64,000 bases of DNA, taken from a virus. Below the pieces are notes generated by a model that was not told the DNA's origin, made no database searches, and worked only from the letters and a program-made list of their open reading frames with translations. The position numbers and the translations under genes were made by a program. The stretch spans positions 9,057 to 73,056 of IMG/VR virus record IMGVR_UViG_3300005613_000044. One strand, written 5' to 3'. Shown one piece after another: positions 19,915-28,431 of this stretch (its first letter is position 1; each line of letters starts with the position of its first letter).

Positions 19915-20438
19915 ATATTTTTGTTACTTCTCCTGACCCTTGGGAGTCTGCAAGGGTTCTTCCTGACAAACACATTGTTAAGATGCCTTTAGAGACCTGT
20001 CAGATGCTCGCCATCGTGTGTTCTGAGAAATGGGGTCACGGGTTTGGAACCCTCCCTAAGGTCGATGGAACCCCCTACAAGACCGATAAAGGGTCTTTTA
20101 GGAACCATCCCTGTACCATATGGGCAAACGATTTTGTGATGAACTGGCAGTGGTTACTCTCTCATGGATTTGCTCTTTGTGCTGAGTACGCTGCTCGTTA
20201 TGGTAAGGTTCATACATGTTTCACAACTCTGAATGCTGCAAAGGAAATTCTTCCTACTGGAGATCCTACAGGACGTTCTGGGAAGGGTCCTAAATCGTTT
20301 GTGTTCGCTGGACCTGATGAATTCAAGTATGATGAGAATCTGGATATCTATACAAAATATAAGATGTACATTGCATCTAAACCTTGGGTAAAGGATAATT
20401 ACCTTCGATTACCTAACCGTAAACCTGAATGGGTATGA
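19911..20438 (+). CDS. pyrimidine-dimer DNA glycosylase-like protein
   Basis: MNIF...DKHIVKMPLETCQML...NHPCTIW motif family. Confidence 0.6.
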   Translation: MNIFVTSPDPWESARVLPDKHIVKMPLETCQMLAIVCSEKWGHGFGTLPKVDGTPYKTDKGSFRNHPCTIWANDFVMNWQWLLSHGFALCAEYAARYGKVHTCFTTLNAAKEILPTGDPTGRSGKGPKSFVFAGPDEFKYDENLDIYTKYKMYIASKPWVKDNYLRLPNRKPEWV

Positions 20439-20584
20439 AAACAACATTGACTATTGGTGATGATGGAGTATTGACATTTTCTGATGAAATCCTCCAAGAA
20501 ACTGGATGGAAAGAAGGAGATGTGTTAGAATGGATTGACTGTAAAGACGGTTCTTTTGAATTGAGGAAAACTGATGAGTCGTAA
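20435..20584 (+). CDS. small AbrB/MazE-like DNA-binding protein (49 aa)
   Basis: Read manually: MKTTLTIGDDGVLTFSDEILQETGWKEGDVLEWIDCKDGSFELRK; overlaps both neighbours. Confidence 0.65.
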   Translation: MKTTLTIGDDGVLTFSDEILQETGWKEGDVLEWIDCKDGSFELRKTDES

Positions 20585-21521
20585 TGAATTCGTTTGGGTC
20601 GAAAAATACAGACCACAAACTATTGAAGAATGTATCCTTCCAGAGGGTATTAAAAAGACATTTCAGGATTTTCTTCAGAGGGGTGAAGTTCCTAATCTTC
20701 TTCTTTCTGGGCCTCCTGGATGTGGTAAAACTACCGTAGCTAAAGCACTTTGTAATGAACTTGGAGTAGATGTTTATGTCATTAATGGATCCGACGAAGG
20801 TAGATTCATTGATACTGTCAGAAACAATGCGAAGAATTTCGCTTCGACCGTATCACTTTCATCAGATGCTAAACACAAAGTCATCATCATTGATGAGGCA
20901 GATAACACAACCCCGGATGTACAACTCGCACTTAGGGCGTTTACAGAGGAATTTGTTGGTAATTGTAGATTCATCTTTACATGTAACTACAAAAACAAAA
21001 TCATTGAACCTCTCCACTCCCGTTGTGCCGTCATTGACTTCTCCCTCAAAGGAAAAGAACGACAAGAACTCGCAGCGAAGTTTTTCAACCGTCTCCGGTC
21101 TATACTTGAGACGGAGAGTGTGGAATATGATCCAAAAGTTCTCGTAGAACTTATCAACAAACACTTCCCAGATTGGAGACGTGTTCTTAACGAGTGTCAA
21201 AGATATTCTGTTAGTGGTAAAATTGACACCGGAATTCTAGCAACCTTTAGTGATGTAAAAACAGATGATCTCTTTAAAAACCTCAAAGAAAAAAACTTTC
21301 CTGAAGTACGGAAGTGGGTTGTTAATAACTTGGATAATGATCCTTCTTTACTTCTTCGCCGCATTTATGATGGTTGTTATAATGCCTTGGACGGCCCTGG
21401 TATTGCTGCTGCTGTTCTTATTATTGCTAAGTACCAGTATCAAATTGCGTTCGTCGCAGATCAAGAAATTAATCTTCTGGCGGCGTTGACGGAAATTATG
21501 GTTGAATGTAATTTTAAATAA
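20574..21521 (+). CDS. gp44: clamp loader large subunit
   Basis: WVEKYRP, GPPGCGKT, IIDEAD and PLHSRC motifs. Confidence 0.96.
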   Translation: MSRNEFVWVEKYRPQTIEECILPEGIKKTFQDFLQRGEVPNLLLSGPPGCGKTTVAKALCNELGVDVYVINGSDEGRFIDTVRNNAKNFASTVSLSSDAKHKVIIIDEADNTTPDVQLALRAFTEEFVGNCRFIFTCNYKNKIIEPLHSRCAVIDFSLKGKERQELAAKFFNRLRSILETESVEYDPKVLVELINKHFPDWRRVLNECQRYSVSGKIDTGILATFSDVKTDDLFKNLKEKNFPEVRKWVVNNLDNDPSLLLRRIYDGCYNALDGPGIAAAVLIIAKYQYQIAFVADQEINLLAALTEIMVECNFK

Positions 21522-21530
21522 TTTATTAAA

Positions 21531-21815
21531 ATGAACGTTAAAGTATTTCGTATGAACACGGGTGAAGAAGTTATCTTTACCCTCATCAATGAAGATGAAA
21601 ACACTATTGAGATTGAGAACCCACTTGTAGCAATTCCTAATGCATCTGGACAAGTTGGTTTTGGGCCCTGGTCTATTCTTCAAAAAGATAAGACAACATT
21701 GACAATTGACAAACAATTTATTGTTTATCAATGTGATGCCAGAGATGATGTAGTGGAGAATTATGAAAAGATTTTTTCTCCAATTGCAACACCTAATAAA
21801 AAGTTGATTCTTTGA
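21531..21815 (+). CDS. hypothetical protein (possible Sm-like fold)
   Basis: RMNTGEEVI...ENP...GPW pattern. Confidence 0.7.
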   Translation: MNVKVFRMNTGEEVIFTLINEDENTIEIENPLVAIPNASGQVGFGPWSILQKDKTTLTIDKQFIVYQCDARDDVVENYEKIFSPIATPNKKLIL

Positions 21816-21816
21816 T

Positions 21817-22197
21817 ATGGAACTTAAGGATTGGTTAAACTCAATTAATTTTACAAAGAAAAATCTTTTGGAGGAGGATCCATCTCTCAAGAAGGATTAT
21901 CCTCCTTTTATTGTAAATAAATGCCTGTCAGGTCATCTTGACTGTATTCTCTTTGCTAATGAAATGAATAAGTATCATTTCTTAGATAAAGATATACAAT
22001 ATAATTTTTATATAAATATTCTGAGAAAGAAGAAAAGGTTCTCTCCTTGGATTCGAAAGGATAAGATCACAGATCTTGAATATGTAAAGAGTTACTATGG
22101 TTATAGTAATGAAAAAGCATCTCAGGTAATGAAAATTTTATCTCATGAACAAATTGAATTTATAAAGAAACGACTTGACACTGGTGGAAAAAAATGA
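21817..22197 (+). CDS. gp62: clamp loader small subunit
   Basis: YPPFIVNKCLS, KKKRFSPW and YYGYSNEKA motifs. Confidence 0.92.
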   Translation: MELKDWLNSINFTKKNLLEEDPSLKKDYPPFIVNKCLSGHLDCILFANEMNKYHFLDKDIQYNFYINILRKKKRFSPWIRKDKITDLEYVKSYYGYSNEKASQVMKILSHEQIEFIKKRLDTGGKK

Positions 22198-22631
22198 ATC
22201 AAACTGTTGAACCTCAGGTTAATTGGTCTCAAGAGAAAATGGTCGAGGTTAGGTTAAATGAACCTGATGATTTTCTTAAGGTCCGTGAAACACTCACAAG
22301 AATTGGTGTAGCTTCTCGTAAGGAAAAGAAACTCTATCAATCTTGCCATATCCTTCATAAACAAGGTAAGTATTATATTGTTCACTTCAAAGAACTATTT
22401 GCACTTGATGGTAAGTATGCAAATCTTACAGTGAATGATGTTCAGAGAAGAAACCGTATTACCAGACTTCTTGTTGACTGGGGTTTGATTCAAGTTGTTA
22501 AAGAAGATTTGATTCTTGATATTGCACCATTAAATCAGATTAAAGTTCTTCCTTACAGAGATAAGAGTGAGTGGAATCTGCAACAAAAGTACAACATCGG
22601 TAAGAAAGGAAAGACTCAGGAAACCGAATAA
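22194..22631 (+). CDS. regA: translational repressor RegA
   Basis: DDFLKVRETLTRIG and LYQSCHILHKQGKYYIVHFKELF motifs. Confidence 0.96.
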   Translation: MNQTVEPQVNWSQEKMVEVRLNEPDDFLKVRETLTRIGVASRKEKKLYQSCHILHKQGKYYIVHFKELFALDGKYANLTVNDVQRRNRITRLLVDWGLIQVVKEDLILDIAPLNQIKVLPYRDKSEWNLQQKYNIGKKGKTQETE

Positions 22632-22682
22632 ATAATATTGCGATCTTTTGTGCGGTCGCTTCAAAAGTCGGAAACCCATATA

Positions 22683-22716
22683 AGATGGTGTGGTTATTAC
22701 TACACCATCTTTTTTT
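22683..22716 (+). terminator. rho-independent terminator after regA
   Basis: AAGATGGTGTGGT / ACTACACCATCTT hairpin with a T tract. Confidence 0.8.
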
Positions 22717-22790
22717 GTATCGTGTATAATTAGTATTGGACGCCTTCGGGGTCTACACAATCAAATCTCGCTTTAAAAGGGGAAGTAAAG

Positions 22791-23225
22791 ATGAACAATC
22801 TTACAAGGTACAATGCTGCCAACTTGGATCAGCTACTAGACCGTATAAATAGAAACAGTATTGGTATGGACGAATACTTTGATCGTCTGTTTAAACTACA
22901 CGAAACGACATCAAATTATCCACCTTACAATCTAGTTACGGTCAGCAACTTAGAATCGAGACTAGAACTAGCACTTGCTGGATTTAAAAAAACACAAGTA
23001 AATGTCTACACACAAGACGGAAAACTCTTTGTCGAAGGACAACGAGAAGATGGAGAAACCAACACAGATTACGTCCATAGAGGAGTGGCTCAACGATCTT
23101 TCACAAGGTGCTGGACACTCAGTGACGAGACGGAAGTTAGATCAGTTAGCTTTGAGGATGGGCTTCTGAGTATTACACTCGGTAAGATTGTCCCAGAGCA
23201 TCATCAAAGGAAAGATTATCTCTAA
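22791..23225 (+). CDS. hsp20: small heat shock protein
   Basis: NYPPYN, LALAGF, HRGVAQRSF and FEDGLL alpha-crystallin motifs. Confidence 0.93.
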   Translation: MNNLTRYNAANLDQLLDRINRNSIGMDEYFDRLFKLHETTSNYPPYNLVTVSNLESRLELALAGFKKTQVNVYTQDGKLFVEGQREDGETNTDYVHRGVAQRSFTRCWTLSDETEVRSVSFEDGLLSITLGKIVPEHHQRKDYL

Positions 23226-23247
23226 ATAAGATGTATCGTCGCCACAT

Positions 23248-23287
23248 GGGAGATCCTGGCAAAATCCAGGAATCTCCCTATTTTTTT
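23248..23287 (+). terminator. rho-independent terminator after hsp20
   Basis: GGGAGATCCTGG / CCAGGAATCTCCC hairpin with a T tract. Confidence 0.75.
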
Positions 23288-23326
23288 CCCTAAATATCGA
23301 TGACTGGAGGCAAAGGAACTGAACTC

Positions 23327-23566
23327 ATGAGAGTAGTTTTGTATACGAATGGGAACCAAGAATCGGAAAGAGCTAAAAGTCTTTTTGAATCTTTGAAGTC
23401 AGATATTTTAGAATACAAATTAAATAATCATTTCAGTCAAAGGTCATTTGAATCTGAGTTTGGTGAGAATGCTGAATATCCACAAATATCAATAGGGTAT
23501 ACTCATATTGGCAGTTTGAAAGATACTCTTAAGTTTCTTGAAAAAAACAGTGTTTTTGTGGTATAA
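23327..23566 (+). CDS. glutaredoxin-fold protein lacking cysteines
   Basis: VVLYT...ERAKSL, YPQI and HIG glutaredoxin-like pattern; no CxxC. Confidence 0.6.
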   Translation: MRVVLYTNGNQESERAKSLFESLKSDILEYKLNNHFSQRSFESEFGENAEYPQISIGYTHIGSLKDTLKFLEKNSVFVV

Positions 23567-23591
23567 TACAATCGAGGAATTTTTATAAAAA

Positions 23592-23732
23592 ATGACCATA
23601 AAGAAATTTGAAAAAATTGATAAGAAAGGAAGAACCGAAGAGTGGTCTTGGGTAGAAACTCCTGAGACTTTGAAAGCTTTGGAAATCTATCATGAAGTTG
23701 TAAGACTTAATAAGGAGAAATTGGGAGAATGA
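23592..23732 (+). CDS. small hypothetical protein (46 aa)
   Basis: Read manually: MTIKKFEKIDKKGRTEEWSWVETPE...; stop overlaps the next ATG; promoter-like TTGAAA..TATAAT upstream. Confidence 0.5.
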   Translation: MTIKKFEKIDKKGRTEEWSWVETPETLKALEIYHEVVRLNKEKLGE

Positions 23733-24094
23733 CTATTAAACTTGTAATGCTTAAGTCTGGTGAAGACGTTATTGCTGATGTTAAAGAAATGACAGTTCCT
23801 GGAACTGATGGTGAAGATAAAGTAGTTGGTTATTTCTTTGGATTCCCGTGTAGAGTAAAACTCTTTGGAGATATCTCATCTGAAAGTGGAAGTCAAAATC
23901 CATTTAAGATGCAATTAGTTCCATGGGCTCCTCTCAGTCAAGATCACTATATCCCTGTAGTATCTGATTGGATTATTGGTATGGTTGAACCAATTGAAAA
24001 ACTTAAAGAAACATATGTAAAAGGATTGGAAAAGTATGAAAAATCTAAAACTTCTAGTACTGATGAACAATCAGATTCTGATAACACAGATTGA
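23729..24094 (+). CDS. conserved hypothetical protein (possible Sm-like fold)
   Basis: KLVMLKSGEDVIADVKE...PWAPLS pattern. Confidence 0.75.
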   Translation: MTIKLVMLKSGEDVIADVKEMTVPGTDGEDKVVGYFFGFPCRVKLFGDISSESGSQNPFKMQLVPWAPLSQDHYIPVVSDWIIGMVEPIEKLKETYVKGLEKYEKSKTSSTDEQSDSDNTD

Positions 24095-24293
24095 AGAAGT
24101 ATCAACTGAGCTTGGAGAACCTGATTGTAAATTAGTGGAACCTTTTATTTTAAATCAATCCAATCTTTCTCTTTCTCCCTGGCTGGTTGATTATTCAACT
24201 CAAAACACATTCATGATTCATTCGGATAAGATCTTGACGATTGCAGATCCAAACAGTAAACTTAAAGACAAGTATGAAAGCCTAGTTGAATAA
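24036..24293 (+). CDS. conserved hypothetical protein
   Basis: ELGEPDCKLVEP...PW; coupled to gp43A. Confidence 0.7.
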   Translation: MKNLKLLVLMNNQILITQIEEVSTELGEPDCKLVEPFILNQSNLSLSPWLVDYSTQNTFMIHSDKILTIADPNSKLKDKYESLVE

Positions 24294-25756
24294 TGCGTTA
24301 TTATACGAATGTCCAGATGGTTGGTAACAACTTTTTGGTCCGTGGATATGAAAATGGGAAAAGCGTCATCTTCAAAGAGGAATTTCAACCAACTCTTTAT
24401 GTGAAATCAAATAAAGAAACCGGATGGAAAACTCTTGATGGTGAGAATGTAGAACCTATTCAACCAGGTACAGTAAAGGATTGTAGAGAATTCTATAGGA
24501 AGTATGAAAATGTAGATGGATTCAAAATCTATGGTAATGAAAGGTACATCTATCAGTATATTTCTGATAAGTATCCTGAAAGTGAGATCAAGTTTGACAT
24601 TAAGAAAATTAATCTTGTGACCATTGATATTGAGGTCAAATCTGAACAAGGATTCCCTGATCCGGATTCTTGTTCAGAGGAGATGCTCACTATCTCCATG
24701 CAAGATTATGCTACTAAAAAAATTAAGACTTGGGGAAGAAAACCTTATACTCCTACTCAGGATAATGTAACTTATTATCATTATGATGATGAAGTCGATA
24801 TGCTTAATTCTTTCATCTATCATTGGAATAAAAATCCCCCTGAGGTTGTGACTGGTTGGAATTGTCGTCTTTATGATATTCCATATCTTTGTGGCCGTAT
24901 TGATAGAATTATGGGTCAGAAGAAACTTAAACTTCTTTCACCATGGGGGCTGGTAAGTCATGAAGAGATCTATATCTCGGGTAGAAAGTTCAATGTTTAT
25001 GATATTGCTGGAACAACTACTCTTGATTATTTGGAATTGTATAAGAAGTTTACTTATACAAATCAAGAGAGTTATCGACTGGACTATATTGCTGATATTG
25101 AACTTGGCCAGAAAAAGTTGGATCACTCCGAGTTTGATACTTTCAAGGACTTCTATAACGGGAACTGGAAAAAGTTTGTAGACTACAACATTATTGACGT
25201 GGAACTTGTTGATCGTCTGGAAGACAAGTTGAGATTGATTGAACTTGCTATTACAATGGCATATGATGGTAAGGTCAATTACACAGATGTGATGTTTCAA
25301 GTGAGATTGTGGGATACTATTATCTACAATTATTTGAAAAAGAAGAAAATTGTAGTTCCTCAAAAAGATAGAAGTGAGAAAGATTCTAAGTTTGCCGGAG
25401 CTTATGTTAAAGAACCTAAACCAGGTCTTTATGATTATGTGGTTTCTTTTGACCTTAACTCCCTATATCCTCACTTAATCATGCAATACAATATCTCACC
25501 AGAAACACTTTTGGATGAGAAACATCCAAATGTGAGTGTGGATAAACTTCTTAATGAAGAAGTTGCATTTGAGATGTATAAGGACTATGCGGTTTGTGCT
25601 AATGGTGCAATGTATAGAAAGGATGAAAGGGGATTTCTACCTGAATTGATGGAGAAGATGTATGCTGAACGTAAGGCCTTTAAGAAGGAGATGTTGAAGA
25701 GTAAACAGAAACTAGTTGATATTGAATCGGAGATGAAGAGAAGGGGTCTTAAGTAA
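24293..25756 (+). CDS. gp43: DNA polymerase B, N-terminal part (exonuclease, palm motif A, first finger helix)
   Basis: DIEV, TGWN..YDIPY, YNIIDV and SFDLNSLYP motifs; ends after the first fingers helix. Confidence 0.93.
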   Translation: MRYYTNVQMVGNNFLVRGYENGKSVIFKEEFQPTLYVKSNKETGWKTLDGENVEPIQPGTVKDCREFYRKYENVDGFKIYGNERYIYQYISDKYPESEIKFDIKKINLVTIDIEVKSEQGFPDPDSCSEEMLTISMQDYATKKIKTWGRKPYTPTQDNVTYYHYDDEVDMLNSFIYHWNKNPPEVVTGWNCRLYDIPYLCGRIDRIMGQKKLKLLSPWGLVSHEEIYISGRKFNVYDIAGTTTLDYLELYKKFTYTNQESYRLDYIADIELGQKKLDHSEFDTFKDFYNGNWKKFVDYNIIDVELVDRLEDKLRLIELAITMAYDGKVNYTDVMFQVRLWDTIIYNYLKKKKIVVPQKDRSEKDSKFAGAYVKEPKPGLYDYVVSFDLNSLYPHLIMQYNISPETLLDEKHPNVSVDKLLNEEVAFEMYKDYAVCANGAMYRKDERGFLPELMEKMYAERKAFKKEMLKSKQKLVDIESEMKRRGLK

Positions 25757-26919
25757 TGGGTTATTTGATTGGTGGTGCAGGAGAAGGTGCACAAAAGGAG
25801 ATAGTGGTATCAGATAAGGACTATTCTAAATTGACTGATACACAACTTCTGAAACTTCGTGATCAGACTGTGAAAGATATTGCAAAGTTCAATAACTTTC
25901 AAATGGTTAGAAAGATTACACTGAACTCAGCTTATGGTGCGGTTGGTAATCAGTACTTCAGATATTACAAACTTGCAAATGCAGAAGCTATCACATTGAG
26001 TGGTCAGGTATCTATTCGGTGGATTGAAAACCGTATGAATGGTTATCTAAATAATCTATTACAAACGGAGGGGATTGATTATGTCATTGCATCTGACACT
26101 GATTCAATCTATCTTAATTTTGGACCTCTTGTTAATAAATTTTTTAGTAATAAGCTTGACGATAAGAATAAGATTGTTACGATCATTGACCAGATCTGTA
26201 AGGACAAGTTGGAACCGTTCATCGATTCCTCTTATCAAAATCTTGCGTCGTATGTAAATGCATATGATCAGAAGATGCAGATGAAACGGGAGAACATTGC
26301 AGACCGTGGAATCTGGACAGCAAAGAAACGATACATTCTAAATGTCTGGGATAGTGAGGGGGTTAGATATGAAGACCCTAAACTCAAGATTATGGGTATA
26401 GAAGCCGTAAAGTCTTCTACTCCAGCTCCATGTAGGTCAATGATTAAAGACGCTCTCAAACTTATGATGAAAGCGACTGAAGATGAATTAATTGATTTTA
26501 TTGAAAATTGTAGAACAAAATTCAAAAATCTTTCTCCAGAAGAGATTGCATTTCCTCGAATGGTTTCCGATGTAAATAAGTATAAGTCTCACTCTTCAAT
26601 TTATATAAAAGGAACACCAATTCATGCTAGAGGTGCTCTTCTTTTCAATTACTATATTAAAGAGAAGAATCTTCAAAACAAATATTCCCTTATCAATAAT
26701 GGTGAAAAGATTAAGTTTGTTTACCTGAAAAAAGCTAACCCTATCAGAGAGAATGTGATTTCTTTCATCTCAGACTTTCCTGTTGAAACTGGTCTTGACA
26801 AATACATTGATTACGAACTACAATTTGAAAAGGCATTCTTAGAACCAGTCAAGACTATTCTTGATTCTATTGGGTGGAACGTTGAAAAAACTGTAAATCT
26901 AGAATTATTTTTTGGATAA
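25756..26919 (+). CDS. gp43: DNA polymerase B, C-terminal part (motifs B and C, thumb)
   Basis: KITLNSAYG, SDTDS and KKRY motifs; C-terminal clamp-binding LELFFG; TAATG coupling with AAGGGG RBS. Confidence 0.93.
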   Translation: MGYLIGGAGEGAQKEIVVSDKDYSKLTDTQLLKLRDQTVKDIAKFNNFQMVRKITLNSAYGAVGNQYFRYYKLANAEAITLSGQVSIRWIENRMNGYLNNLLQTEGIDYVIASDTDSIYLNFGPLVNKFFSNKLDDKNKIVTIIDQICKDKLEPFIDSSYQNLASYVNAYDQKMQMKRENIADRGIWTAKKRYILNVWDSEGVRYEDPKLKIMGIEAVKSSTPAPCRSMIKDALKLMMKATEDELIDFIENCRTKFKNLSPEEIAFPRMVSDVNKYKSHSSIYIKGTPIHARGALLFNYYIKEKNLQNKYSLINNGEKIKFVYLKKANPIRENVISFISDFPVETGLDKYIDYELQFEKAFLEPVKTILDSIGWNVEKTVNLELFFG

Positions 26920-27932
26920 TGGACTTCTTAAAAGATATTGTAAAAGAGATTGGTGATGACTATACCAAACTTGCCTCCGACATCGATGAAACCGAAACTT
27001 ACGTGGACACAGGTTCGTACATTTTTAACGGACTTGTTTCAGGTAGTATATTTGGCGGTGTATCTGGGAATAAGATTACTGCCATTGCTGGTGAGTCTAG
27101 TACTGGAAAAACTTTTTTTAGCCTCGCAGTGGTTAAGAATTTTCTGGACTCTAATCCTGATGGATATTGCTTGTATTTTGATACTGAGGCAGCTGTCAAT
27201 AAGTCACTCCTAGAAAATCGTGGTGTTGATTTGAATCGACTCGTTGTTGTCAATGTTGTGACGATTGAAGAGTTTCGTAGTAAAGCACTCAAGGCTGTAG
27301 ATATATACTTAAAAAAACCTGAAGATGAACGTAAACCTTGTATGTTTGTGTTAGACTCTTTAGGGATGCTCTCTACAGAGAAAGAAATTACTGACGCACT
27401 GAATGACAAACAAGTTCGTGACATGACTAAATCTCAACTAGTCAAAGGTGCTTTTAGGATGTTAACTCTGAAGTTGGGTCAGGCAAACATTCCAATGATT
27501 GTAACCAATCATACCTATGATGTCATCGGTTCTTATGTTCCTACGAAAGAAATGGGTGGAGGTAGTGGTCTCAAATATGCTGCGTCTACAATTATCTATT
27601 TGTCTAAGAAAAAGGAGAAGGATGGAACGGAAGTTATTGGAAATCTTATCAAGGCAAAGACTGCTAAGTCACGTTTAAGTAAGGAGAATAAAGAAGTTAC
27701 TATTCGTCTTTTCTATGATGAAAGAGGACTTGACAAATATTATGGTCTCTTGGAACTTGGTGAACTCGGTGGGATGTGGAAAAATGTTGCCGGACGATAT
27801 GATCTTGGAGACGGAAAGAAAATTTACGCCAAGGCTATTATGAAAGATCCGGAACAATATTTCACACCAGAAGTGATGGAGAAACTGGATCAAATTGCGA
27901 GAGAGGAGTTTAGTTATGGTTCAGGTGTATGA
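26919..27932 (+). CDS. uvsX: RecA-like recombinase UvsX
   Basis: GESSTGKT, DSLGML and MGGGSGLKYAAS motifs. Confidence 0.95.
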   Translation: MDFLKDIVKEIGDDYTKLASDIDETETYVDTGSYIFNGLVSGSIFGGVSGNKITAIAGESSTGKTFFSLAVVKNFLDSNPDGYCLYFDTEAAVNKSLLENRGVDLNRLVVVNVVTIEEFRSKALKAVDIYLKKPEDERKPCMFVLDSLGMLSTEKEITDALNDKQVRDMTKSQLVKGAFRMLTLKLGQANIPMIVTNHTYDVIGSYVPTKEMGGGSGLKYAASTIIYLSKKKEKDGTEVIGNLIKAKTAKSRLSKENKEVTIRLFYDERGLDKYYGLLELGELGGMWKNVAGRYDLGDGKKIYAKAIMKDPEQYFTPEVMEKLDQIAREEFSYGSGV

Positions 27933-28431
27933 TAGTTTACTTCCTAAAGAAGTATGTCATTATTTGATTGAATTGATTGATAAGAGTGAGAATCAAGAGT
28001 TTGTAAATGAAGATTATAAGCCCTGTTTCACACAACTCAATATCAATAATCATCACCCAGAGGTAGTTAAATCATTAATACCTTATGTTAGAAATGTATA
28101 TCAGAAATATATTGATGATACCAAAAGTAAATATCTTCCAAAATTAAAGTTTTTGGAAGAATTTCGTATCAAAAGGTATAATGTTGGTGGAGAGGAGAGG
28201 TTTGATGAACATGTTGATGTTATAGATCACGCATCAGCTAGAAGAGTCGTTGCTTTCCTTTTCTATCTCAACGATAATGATGGATTAACAAAGTTTACCG
28301 ATAGATTTGAGGTGACTCCTAAAGAAGGTAGAGTTGTTGTATTTCCACCCACTTGGGAATATCCACATTCTGGACTACCACCAAAAAATAAAACCAAGTA
28401 CATCATGAGCACTTATATTCACTATGGATAA
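27916..28431 (+). CDS. 2OG-Fe(II) oxygenase
   Basis: HVD, FYLND, H and KY residues of the prolyl-hydroxylase-like fold. Confidence 0.85.
   Translation: MVQVYDSLLPKEVCHYLIELIDKSENQEFVNEDYKPCFTQLNINNHHPEVVKSLIPYVRNVYQKYIDDTKSKYLPKLKFLEEFRIKRYNVGGEERFDEHVDVIDHASARRVVAFLFYLNDNDGLTKFTDRFEVTPKEGRVVVFPPTWEYPHSGLPPKNKTKYIMSTYIHYG

Noticed and set aside
25730-25770. gp43 break as a sequencing frameshift, intron or intein
   Set aside because: Stops in both frames, TAATG coupling with an RBS, no intervening sequence and no intein terminal residues all favour a real split.
27916-28431. 2OG-Fe(II) oxygenase as a TET/JBP-like DNA-modifying enzyme linked to the glycosyltransferases
   Set aside because: It looks like the common prolyl-hydroxylase-like cyanophage family, lies 20 kb from the island, and no base-modification genes are adjacent.
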